This document shows positions 1 through 8,239 of a DNA stretch of 64,000 nucleotides, one piece after another; positions within the stretch are counted from its first letter, which is position 1, and every line of letters begins with the position of its first letter. The stretch lies in NCBI GenBank assembly GCA_023261755.1, contig JAGDXS010000028.1, positions 13,743 to 77,742 on the forward strand, in the 5' to 3' direction. Source of the stretch: Thermoplasmata archaeon (lineage in GTDB: Archaea > Thermoplasmatota > Thermoplasmata > Thermoplasmatales > ARK-15). The notes under the pieces were generated by a model that saw only the letters and a list, made by a program, of their open reading frames with translations, searched no databases and was not told the DNA's origin. The position numbers and the translations under genes were made by a program.

Positions 1-203
1 TTCTTAAGGCCCCTGTAGATTATAATTAAAAATATACCGTAAAGCAAAGGTAAAAATGCACCCGTAGTACCCATTAATAAACTTTCCTTTACCAAATTTG
101 CAATGAATTTTTCTCTAATATCAATTAAGATTATACCTGAAAATATTTCGTAAAGACCTGTAAAAACTACGAGGTATGGTATCCATTTAATGCCTTTTTG
201 CAT
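1..203 (-). CDS. hypothetical membrane protein, N-terminal part only (gene continues past left edge)
   Basis: ATG (rc) at 201-203, open to position 1. Translation MQKGIKWIPYLVVFTGLYEIFSGIILIDIRE... is hydrophobic. Absent from the ORF track because no stop lies in the window. Confidence 0.4.
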   Translation of the reverse strand, partial: MQKGIKWIPYLVVFTGLYEIFSGIILIDIREKFIANLVKESLLMGTTGAFLPLLYGIFLIIIYRGLK

Positions 204-289
204 TATTTTAATTATAACATTATAATTAAAATACTTTTCCAACAAAAATTAAAAAGTTTAAAATACTCTCCAACAATAACATAATTCCG

Positions 290-616
290 GTGATAGCGAT
301 GATGGGTAGTGAAGAAGAAGATAAGGTAATGAACCAAGTCTTTGGTGGTTTTATTACCGCTATTATAGGTTTAAAGGTGGATACAACACAGATTGAAAAT
401 ATTGCAAAATTATTAAGGGATAGCCCAAATGTTGAAGATCTTTTCCTTGTTACTGGTGATCTCGATCTTGTATTAAAAGTAAAATTTCTAAATTACAAGG
501 ATCTTAAAGATTTTATTTTGGATAAAATTGGTAAGCTTAATGGTATTCAGGATACATCAACAATGGTAGTAGTTGCCCCTTATAAGGAAAGGGGTATAGT
601 CTTGAGCGAAAAATAG
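290..616 (+). CDS. stand-alone Lrp/AsnC-type ligand-binding (RAM) domain protein
   Basis: 108-aa ORF. The beta-alpha-beta-beta-alpha-beta-like core (ITAIIGLKVD...VEDLFLVTGDLDLVLKVKF...) is typical of the AsnC C-terminal domain, and there is no HTH. The start is ambiguous: GTG 290 or ATG 299/302. Confidence 0.6.
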   Translation: MIAMMGSEEEDKVMNQVFGGFITAIIGLKVDTTQIENIAKLLRDSPNVEDLFLVTGDLDLVLKVKFLNYKDLKDFILDKIGKLNGIQDTSTMVVVAPYKERGIVLSEK

Positions 617-627
617 AGGTGTTTATT

Positions 628-897
628 ATGGCAAAAAATGATGAGGACCTGAATAATATTATGATTTTGCTTGACGATTTGATAGGAGATCAATCAATAC
701 CTAGAAACCTTAGAAAAAGTGTTAATGATGCAAAAGAAAGGTTAAACAATAAAAAGGAAGGCCTGGATCTAAGAATAGCGGGGGCAATATTCATCCTTGA
801 GGAGCTTGTTAATGACCCAAGTTTACCTATACACGCAAGAAGCTCAATATTCACAATAATAGGAAAATTGGAGGCTTTATCCAACAGGATTTCTTGA
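628..897 (+). CDS. UPF0147 family protein (conserved archaeal helical protein)
   Basis: The motifs D-x-S-I-P-R-N-L-R and DPSLPIHARS match my recollection of the UPF0147 signature. ATG at 628 is preceded by GAGGTG at 616-621. The track ORF starts earlier, at 619. Confidence 0.65.
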   Translation: MAKNDEDLNNIMILLDDLIGDQSIPRNLRKSVNDAKERLNNKKEGLDLRIAGAIFILEELVNDPSLPIHARSSIFTIIGKLEALSNRIS

Positions 898-1266
898 ATA
901 TATTATTAAAAATATTTCCCTTAAGGACAATAAAAATAAAATTAGAAATGAAATTAAAAATATGTATCGGTCCACAATATAGGATATATTATTCAATTGA
1001 TTGAATCCAAATAAAATGTTCAGTAGGACTATTATTAAAATAATGTAAATTGTCATTATTAAAAGATGCATTGATGAAAATGTTTTTATTAAATTGGTAT
1101 CACCGAAAAACATTGATATTAATGCACCTAAAAAGGAAAGAGATATGGCAATTATGAAAAAATGTTCCAAAGGGAGAGATCCATATAAATTAAAAATAAT
1201 TCCAAGAAAAAATAAAACCAAAAGGGAAAAAGTATCAATAAAGGGTATAAATTTTCTTTTTATCAT
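877..1266 (-). CDS. hypothetical integral membrane protein (about 4 TM)
   Basis: 129-aa ORF with four long hydrophobic segments. No recognisable family. Confidence 0.5.
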   Translation of the reverse strand: MIKRKFIPFIDTFSLLVLFFLGIIFNLYGSLPLEHFFIIAISLSFLGALISMFFGDTNLIKTFSSMHLLIMTIYIILIIVLLNILFGFNQLNNISYIVDRYIFLISFLILFLLSLREIFLIIYSRNPVG

Positions 1267-1440
1267 TTACATCTCTGATAATCCTTCAAACTCATCCTGA
1301 AGTTCTATCATCACTTGAGATAACAATTCATCAAACGTTGATGCCTTGTATTCTCTTAATCCTCCAATATCACTGTTCAACCTTGCTACGAATCCTTTTT
1401 TATCAGATAAAAATTCAATTGAACAAAGAGTCTCCTCCAT
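1267..1440 (-). CDS. small hypothetical protein (57 aa), HicB/UPF0150-like pattern
   Basis: Below the 60-aa track cutoff. ATG (rc) at 1438-1440. The TAA stop (rc 1267-1269) directly abuts the ATG of the downstream membrane gene (1264-1266). Translation: MEETLCSIEFLSDKKGFVARLNSDIGGLREYKASTFDELLSQVMIELQDEFEGLSEM. Confidence 0.35.
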   Translation of the reverse strand: MEETLCSIEFLSDKKGFVARLNSDIGGLREYKASTFDELLSQVMIELQDEFEGLSEM

Positions 1441-1597
1441 TTAATATCACCTAATTTATGTTTGATTAAAATCTTGTATTTAATGTTTTTCTTGAACATT
1501 TTTTTTAAAACTTTATTAAAAATATTCAAAATATCATTTATATGTTGCAAAAACTTTTTTAGTTCTTTTTATTCAGTATTCATGTTGGGGTGTAATA

Positions 1598-2482
1598 ATG
1601 AGCAATATAATTACGCATACGGACTCAGACGGGGTGATTTCAGCTTATTTAATTAGAAAGTATATAGATAAATCTAAAAAAATTTTTTTCTCAAATCCTT
1701 CATTAATAAAAGATACTATTGCAAAATCTGTAATTGGTGAAAATAAACTGGATAAACTCTTCATCCTAGATATAGCAGGAAATGATCATGCTGTACATTT
1801 ATCATCAGTTTATGATAAAACAATATGGATTGACCACCACCTATGGGCACCTATAAATAACTATGAAAATGTTGAAATATACATTATGCAGGAGCCGAGC
1901 GCAGCTCAGGTAGTTTCAAATGTATTTGGTATAGAAGATTATATGATTGAAATGGCTAACCATATAGATCAGAATAATATAACAAATAAAAATGAAAATA
2001 ATTTTAGGGATCTCATTTCTGCCATAAAGTTCTACAAGGGCAAGTATTTCGACAAAATTCTTGAAAACTTGGTAAATGATCTCATGAATAAGGATGTTGA
2101 AATAATAATAAATGAAAATATGGAAATAATAGAGAATTTTAGGATTTATGTTGAAAGTATAAAAAAGAGGCTAGAAAATAATATAGTATTTTTAAAAATA
2201 AATGGTAAAAAAATTGCAATACTTGAAACAGAGGAAAACATACCAGTGTACAAGATTGAAGAATCATTGGATCCTTCAAAATGGGACGTGCTCATAGTAA
2301 AATTCTTCAGATCTGGTAGAGAATACTCTTATACAAAACTTGAATTCAGATCAAAGAAACCCGATGTGCTAAAAATTGCAAGGGCATTCGGTGGAGGTGG
2401 CCATCTTCTTGCGGCGGGTGCATCCATAAATGGTAGCATATCCTTCAACGATATACTAAGTGCCGTGAATCTTTTCCTTTGA
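1598..2482 (+). CDS. DHH-family phosphoesterase (DHH/DHHA1)
   Basis: Motifs HTDSDG, IDHH and C-terminal GGGGHLLAAGA (DHHA1 GGGH). Confidence 0.75.
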   Translation: MSNIITHTDSDGVISAYLIRKYIDKSKKIFFSNPSLIKDTIAKSVIGENKLDKLFILDIAGNDHAVHLSSVYDKTIWIDHHLWAPINNYENVEIYIMQEPSAAQVVSNVFGIEDYMIEMANHIDQNNITNKNENNFRDLISAIKFYKGKYFDKILENLVNDLMNKDVEIIINENMEIIENFRIYVESIKKRLENNIVFLKINGKKIAILETEENIPVYKIEESLDPSKWDVLIVKFFRSGREYSYTKLEFRSKKPDVLKIARAFGGGGHLLAAGASINGSISFNDILSAVNLFL

Positions 2483-2483
2483 T

Positions 2484-3443
2484 TTAAAGATAATAATACT
2501 TGCTGCCCTTTTGATAAATTGCAAGCAATAATGCATCCTCAATCAATTTTTCTCTGTTAATCTTATTGTTTGTAAGAAAACCAATGGCACCCCTTTTCCT
2601 TCCTATGTCTTCAGTTCCATAGTATTCATCAAACCTTTTTCCTATTTCACCATCATCAAAGAATTCCATAAAGGTGTCAGGATAGACAAAACCCATGCTT
2701 CTTGAAAAATTAACATTCCCTAATTTATCTAAAATTACAACATAATGAACATCAAAGTACTTTTTTATGTAACTGTCCCATACTAGACCCGCTTCAATGC
2801 CTATGCCATAATCACCATCGCCTATAGCCTCCTTTGCCCTCTTGTATGCGCAATATATTATTTCATTGTCATATGGTTGATTTTTTAAACCCTGGATTTT
2901 TTTACCTAATACCTCAAAATCATCAAAGAATTTTGAAAAAACTTTCTTTACCGCATTTAATTTAATTTCATTGTCAGAGCCTACATTTATAACAATCTTT
3001 TTCAACCTTTTTCCAAATTTGTCTATGTCACCTGAAACTATTCTTGTTGACGCAACTGGAATAAGATCTTCAGCAAGAACCCTACCTATGTTATAAATTT
3101 CCATTTCTTTTAGACCTTTACTTTTCCTAATCCTATTAATTTCCTTTGCATAAAATCTTGTTTCATATGATACAACAATTGCATCAAACTCTTCATTTAC
3201 TGTAGGCCCATAATGATCTTCTATCATCCTTATTTCATATTTCTTCCCGAATTTCTTTACAAAATTTACAAGGTTTCTGTATCTTACATTGTAAGGATTC
3301 ACTTGATAATTTCTAGTCAGTTTTGCAAATGCATCGCTCGTAAGACCTATGAGAACTTCATCGCCTATCTCAAATGCTTTGTGGAGAAGGTTCTTATGGC
3401 CCTTATGCAATATATGGAATGTTCCACCAACGGCTACTCTCAT
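2484..3443 (-). CDS. fusion protein: archaeal phosphopantetheine adenylyltransferase-like cytidylyltransferase domain plus YjjX/DUF84-like non-canonical purine NTPase domain
   Basis: The N-terminus GGTFHILHKGHKNLL carries the (T/H)xGH nucleotidyltransferase motif. The C-terminal approximately 170 aa (VGSDNEIKLNAVK...GIGIEAGLV...) resemble inosine/xanthosine triphosphatase. It is a single uninterrupted 319-aa ORF. Confidence 0.65.
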   Translation of the reverse strand: MRVAVGGTFHILHKGHKNLLHKAFEIGDEVLIGLTSDAFAKLTRNYQVNPYNVRYRNLVNFVKKFGKKYEIRMIEDHYGPTVNEEFDAIVVSYETRFYAKEINRIRKSKGLKEMEIYNIGRVLAEDLIPVASTRIVSGDIDKFGKRLKKIVINVGSDNEIKLNAVKKVFSKFFDDFEVLGKKIQGLKNQPYDNEIIYCAYKRAKEAIGDGDYGIGIEAGLVWDSYIKKYFDVHYVVILDKLGNVNFSRSMGFVYPDTFMEFFDDGEIGKRFDEYYGTEDIGRKRGAIGFLTNNKINREKLIEDALLLAIYQKGSKYYYL

Positions 3444-3482
3444 TCAAATCATTGAAACATTAATAAAAATTGGTATTAATTT

Positions 3483-5150
3483 TTATTCATTCTCTTGGCT
3501 TAGATCTTTCATTATCCTTTCCATTGTCTCCTTAGGATCTCTATAGTAATCTGTAATTATCTTCCAAATGTCCCTAAAATCCGTAATATTTTTCTTATCT
3601 AGGTATTTTATTACATTGATCCTTCTTTCAAATTCCTGATCCATGTCATCATGCGTCCAATTTTTCAGATTAATTATTTTATCAAAGAGATAGCTATGAC
3701 CCTTGAAAATGAACCTGTCCTTCTTTGGATCCCATTCAAAAACTACATTTGTAATGAGCTCATTTGTTTCGGGCTCGAAACCTACAATTTCAACTATCTC
3801 CTTAATTCTTCTAACAAGTTCATCCTTTACCTTTACCTGTGTTTGTATTATCACGTTATTCAATGCAGTCATAAGTATCCTTGGTGTACCTATTGGCGGG
3901 TTTTCAAGTCTGTTTACCATTGCTTTTACAGATTCTGCGTGCATGGTAGAATATGTTGTATGGCCTGTGGCCATTGCTTGAAACATTGTATATGTTTCTT
4001 TTCCTCTTACTTCACCTACAATTATGTATCTAGGCCTTTGCCTCAATGCTGCTCTTACGAGGTCATACATATCTATTTCTCCAGATGCCTTGCCCGCAAT
4101 ACTTTTTTCTCCAACACCGCTTCTAGTTGTACCAGGAATCCAGTTCTGATGTGGAAGGTTTATTTCCCTTGTATCCTCTATACTTACAATCTTTGATGCT
4201 GGAGGTATGAAAATTGCAATGCTATTCAATGTAGATGTTTTACCACTTGCTGGTCCTCCTATCACTATCATGGATTCACCTAGCTCAACACCTAGCCAGA
4301 GATAGGCTACCATTTCAGGGCTTGCAGTTCCGTATTTAATAAGATCCGTAGGTGTGAAAGGCTTTTCTTTGAATCTTCTAATGGTAAATGTTCCCCCTCT
4401 TGTTGTCACCTCTCTGCTGTAGGTAGCCTGAACCCTATGCCCTTCAGGTGTAGTTCCATCAAGAATAGGATCTGAAACTGATATTTGTTTCATACATTTT
4501 TGTCCAATATATACTATGAAACTATTAAGTTCATTATCATCATTAAATGTTATATTAGTTTTAATTGAGCCATATTCTCTATGATAGATATATATTGGTA
4601 TATTAACACCATCACATGATATATCTTCCACATTTTCATCATTAATTAAAGGGTCTATTTTTTGGTATTTAATAAAATCCCTTTTCACATAATAAAAAAT
4701 CCTTTCCAGATCCATATCAGAGACTTTTATCATCCTAGATTCGATGAATTTTCTAACAGATTCTGTGAGATACTGTTCTTTTTCAGCCTGTGTTTTTAAA
4801 TACCATTCAAATTTTAATGTCTGGTTTAGTGATGAATAAACTTCTTTTAAAATTGCTGAAAGTTTCGAGCTTAATGGTGGTTCTATAGCCTCATAATAAT
4901 ATTCAAAATTTTTTGTATCAAAAAGTATTCTTGCAAATGTATATGGATAATTTATTTTATATATCTTTTCTATCCTGAAATCGGGATTTTCAACCTTAGG
5001 TATTGGTGTCAAACTAGATAGTAATGTTTCACCTTGAACTACCTTTACCTTCCTTGATTTTGATGATTTCAATATTCTAGAATAAATTTTGTATGTATAA
5101 TTATCAAGCAAATTTATTTTTGATCCTTCTTTTTCTACCAGAGGAACCAC
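3483..5150 (-). CDS. type II/IV secretion-family ATPase (FlaI/ArlI / archaeal pilus ATPase / VirB11-like)
   Basis: Walker A GPASGKTS, the VSIEDTREI and IIVGEVRGKE boxes, and the His box ATGHTTYSTMHA. GTG start at 5150. Confidence 0.85.
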   Translation of the reverse strand: MVPLVEKEGSKINLLDNYTYKIYSRILKSSKSRKVKVVQGETLLSSLTPIPKVENPDFRIEKIYKINYPYTFARILFDTKNFEYYYEAIEPPLSSKLSAILKEVYSSLNQTLKFEWYLKTQAEKEQYLTESVRKFIESRMIKVSDMDLERIFYYVKRDFIKYQKIDPLINDENVEDISCDGVNIPIYIYHREYGSIKTNITFNDDNELNSFIVYIGQKCMKQISVSDPILDGTTPEGHRVQATYSREVTTRGGTFTIRRFKEKPFTPTDLIKYGTASPEMVAYLWLGVELGESMIVIGGPASGKTSTLNSIAIFIPPASKIVSIEDTREINLPHQNWIPGTTRSGVGEKSIAGKASGEIDMYDLVRAALRQRPRYIIVGEVRGKETYTMFQAMATGHTTYSTMHAESVKAMVNRLENPPIGTPRILMTALNNVIIQTQVKVKDELVRRIKEIVEIVGFEPETNELITNVVFEWDPKKDRFIFKGHSYLFDKIINLKNWTHDDMDQEFERRINVIKYLDKKNITDFRDIWKIITDYYRDPKETMERIMKDLSQENE

Positions 5151-5309
5151 CCCATTCTTTAATTATGGAATTATTTTTCCATTATTATTTCTGTTAATTT
5201 TTCTATTACAACCTTCTTTATAAATGTTTCCAATAAATAAATGAATAAAAAATATATTTTTTATATTTTATCAAAATAAGCCTTATTTATTTAAATAAAA
5301 TATTAATTA

Positions 5310-5597
5310 TTGATGAAAAATAAGGTTTTACAATTAAAAACAAAAAATAAAATCTATAAAAAGGATATGGCAATATCAAATATGGGTATATTATTCCCGA
5401 TTATTTTGGTACTCTCTATAATGTTCATTTTTGATGCATATGTTGCTGGCGAAACTAAAATTTTTCCATTCTGGGTACCTTTGGCAGCTTTTTTAATGTC
5501 TGTGATCGAAATGTTTGATTTTGTATATGTAATCAAATTTTTAAAATCATTGAGAGAAAATAATAATCACTATTTTTTTAACAATAAAAAAATATAA
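5310..5597 (+). CDS. small hypothetical membrane protein (2 TM)
   Basis: 95-aa ORF with two hydrophobic helices. The start is uncertain (alternative ATG at 5367). No family recognised. Confidence 0.3.
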   Translation: MMKNKVLQLKTKNKIYKKDMAISNMGILFPIILVLSIMFIFDAYVAGETKIFPFWVPLAAFLMSVIEMFDFVYVIKFLKSLRENNNHYFFNNKKI

Positions 5598-5599
5598 AT

Positions 5600-8176
5600 T
5601 TATTTATAAATTAATATCTCCTCTTTTCCATTATTTAGAATTTCTACATTCTGACCCTGAAATTCTGTCACTTTTTCAAATTTGAAATATTCAGGTGATA
5701 TATGTCTACCCTTGAACTCTATTCCATTCTTCAATATTTCAGGATCCATATTCATAATTCTTTCCTGAAATTCATGTATTTCGTTCTTAAGAATTGGCCC
5801 AAGCTTTGATATATCAGGATGTGCCTTTACTATTCTTTCATGTATATGCGCCTGACTAAGAATTTCTAAATCTTCTATTTTTAATGCATTCATGACTAAT
5901 GACTTCTCCTTTTCGTATATTCCTTTTTCTTCAGTTATTATTGCTACCTTTTTGATTGAATTTTTCTTATTTTCTATCTTCCATCTTCTTATAATCGCAA
6001 TTGTTTCTTTGATTCTTCTACCTTCTTCAAGATATTCTATTTCATATTTTTCTGGCCATTTTTCTAGATGCACAGATATCTTTTTCTCAAACTTTGAAAA
6101 CAATCTATGGTATATTTCTTCAGTTATGTGGGGTATGAATGGTGCATATAATTTTATTATTCCTAAAAATATTTTGTATAAAGTTGCCTTAGTTCCAGCA
6201 TCATCCTTTGCTTTGAATTTGATCATTTCTATATAATGATCAGCAAAAACATGCCAGAAAAATTCATCTATTTCCTTGATCGCCTTATCAAACCTGTATT
6301 CTTCCATGTATGATGTCACTTTCTCAACAAGAATTGAAAATTCAGATGTTATCCATTTATCCATCATATCAATGGGCTCTGATTCTATTTTCGTTTCTAT
6401 ATTCATTTCAATAAAGTTCGCCACATTCCATAGCTTTGTTAACAATTTACGTCCATGGACAATTTCCCTCTTCCTGAATGGTGTATCCTCTCCTGGCATG
6501 CATGTAGCAGTAAAATACCTGAAAGCATCTGCACCATATTCATCTATAATTTTGAGAGGATCAACAACATTTCCCCATGAAGCATGCATCGGCCTTCCAT
6601 CTTCTGCTAGAATATGCCCATCAATGAAAATGTCTTCCCAAGGTTCTTTACCTGTTATGACTTTACATCTGAGCAATGAATAAAATGCCCATGTTCTTAT
6701 TATATCATGTGCCTGTGGTCTTAAACTCATGGGATATAATTTCTTGAATTTTTCATCATCACGGTATAGAAATGCATTATATAATGGTGAAATTGAGGAA
6801 TCAACCCATGTATCAAAAACATCCTCAACAGGGAGGAGTTCAGATCCGCATATTGGACATCTTTCTACTGGTGGCTTTTCCCTTGTCGGATCAATGTAAT
6901 CATCTCTTTTTAGAAGCTCATCTTTTTTAGGATAAACAATATGGCCATTCTTGCAAACCCAAGCAGGTATAGGTGTTGCAAAGTATCTCTGCCTTGAAAC
7001 GACCCAGTCCCATTCTAAATTCTTTGTCCAATCCTCAAGCCTTATTTTCATAAAATCCGGGAACCATCTTAAATTGTTTATACTCTTAAGTATTTCATCC
7101 TTCAAATCAAGTGTTTTTATGAACCATTGCTCCTTGTTTATAATTTCAAGAGGTGTACCACATCTCCAACAAGTACCAACATTGTGGTTAATTTCCTCAA
7201 CCTTTATAATTCTATTTTCATTTTCAAGGTCTTCTATGATCTTTTTTCTTGCCTGTTCATAATGCAGACCTGCATATTTTCCAGCTATTGATGTTAACTT
7301 ACCCTCTTCGTCCATGCTCCTAATTATGCTAAAACCATGCTTTTTTATTAATTTAAGATCGTTCTTATCGCCTATAGAGCATACCATTTCTATGCCAGTT
7401 CCAAATTCCATTTCTATTGAATCATCAGGTATCACTGGAACTTTTTTACCAGTTATTGGAACAATAACATTTTTGCCATTTAAACTTGAAAATCTTTCAT
7501 CTTTTATGTTGTATGATAAAAATAAACAGGCCGGTATGAGCTCTGGTCTCGTTGTAGCAATGGTAACATTTCCACCTGATTCAATATCAAAATTTATATA
7601 ATATAACTTTGTGCTCTTTTCCTTATATTCAATCTCAGATTCTGCTATAGCGGTTCCACACCTTGGACACCAGTTTACTGGGTGCAAATCTCTGTATATT
7701 AAACCCTTTTCTGCCATGTCAAGGAATGTTAACTGCGTTACCCTTCTATATTCAGGTGAATCTGTTTGATAATATATTGATGGATCCATGGATTCACCAA
7801 GAATTCTAAACTGCATTTCCATTGTTTCAATCTTTGAATGTGCAAATTCCTCACACCATTTTATGAAAGTATGCCTATCAACATCCCTCATTTTAACATT
7901 CTTTTCCTTTTCAACATTTACCTCTATTGGCATGCCATTTACGTCAAAGCACAATGGGAAAAATACATTGTAACCTGACATTCTTTTATATCTTGCGATG
8001 ATATCAATGTGAGTATAATGTGTAGCATGTCCTAGATGCAATGCACCGCTGGCATATCTTGGTGGATTATCAATTGAATATGTCTTTTTATCAGAATTGA
8101 AATCGTATCTATATATTTGTTCCCTAGACCAGAACTCTTGCCACTTGCTCTCTATTTCTTTAGGTTCGTAATTCAT
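5600..8176 (-). CDS. valS: valine--tRNA ligase (class I aaRS)
   Basis: The HIGH region reads ALHLGHA. WCPRCGTAI, the CP1 editing motif TTRPELIP and GTGIEMVCSIGDKND are archaeal ValRS-like. The KMSKS position reads PMHAS (see findings). Confidence 0.8.
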   Translation of the reverse strand: MNYEPKEIESKWQEFWSREQIYRYDFNSDKKTYSIDNPPRYASGALHLGHATHYTHIDIIARYKRMSGYNVFFPLCFDVNGMPIEVNVEKEKNVKMRDVDRHTFIKWCEEFAHSKIETMEMQFRILGESMDPSIYYQTDSPEYRRVTQLTFLDMAEKGLIYRDLHPVNWCPRCGTAIAESEIEYKEKSTKLYYINFDIESGGNVTIATTRPELIPACLFLSYNIKDERFSSLNGKNVIVPITGKKVPVIPDDSIEMEFGTGIEMVCSIGDKNDLKLIKKHGFSIIRSMDEEGKLTSIAGKYAGLHYEQARKKIIEDLENENRIIKVEEINHNVGTCWRCGTPLEIINKEQWFIKTLDLKDEILKSINNLRWFPDFMKIRLEDWTKNLEWDWVVSRQRYFATPIPAWVCKNGHIVYPKKDELLKRDDYIDPTREKPPVERCPICGSELLPVEDVFDTWVDSSISPLYNAFLYRDDEKFKKLYPMSLRPQAHDIIRTWAFYSLLRCKVITGKEPWEDIFIDGHILAEDGRPMHASWGNVVDPLKIIDEYGADAFRYFTATCMPGEDTPFRKREIVHGRKLLTKLWNVANFIEMNIETKIESEPIDMMDKWITSEFSILVEKVTSYMEEYRFDKAIKEIDEFFWHVFADHYIEMIKFKAKDDAGTKATLYKIFLGIIKLYAPFIPHITEEIYHRLFSKFEKKISVHLEKWPEKYEIEYLEEGRRIKETIAIIRRWKIENKKNSIKKVAIITEEKGIYEKEKSLVMNALKIEDLEILSQAHIHERIVKAHPDISKLGPILKNEIHEFQERIMNMDPEILKNGIEFKGRHISPEYFKFEKVTEFQGQNVEILNNGKEEILIYK

Positions 8177-8200
8177 TGTAGAACTAAATTAGCAGATACC

Positions 8201-8216
8201 ATAAAAACTTTTTTAA
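8201..8216. promoter_or_regulatory. candidate shared bidirectional TATA element between divergent valS and thiolase genes
   Basis: ATAAAAACTTTTTTAA is nearly palindromic. Its centre lies about 32 nt from both ATGs (8176 on the minus strand, 8240 on the plus strand) within a 63-bp spacer. Confidence 0.3.
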
Positions 8217-8239
8217 TGAATGTTTACTTTACCTACAAC

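Noticed and set aside
3651-4196. 181-aa and 92-aa plus-strand ORFs inside the secretion ATPase gene
   Set aside because: They lie antisense to a well-supported ATPase. The Cys/Tyr/Phe-rich translation looks unlike real proteins of this genome.
8117-8239. N-terminal extensions of track ORFs: thiolase 8117, transketolase-N 24984, MiaB-like 26646, acylphosphatase 56860, epimerase 56832, ahb radical SAM 38897
   Set aside because: The extensions overlap neighbouring genes or promoters and carry no conserved sequence. Internal ATGs coincide with the family N-termini.
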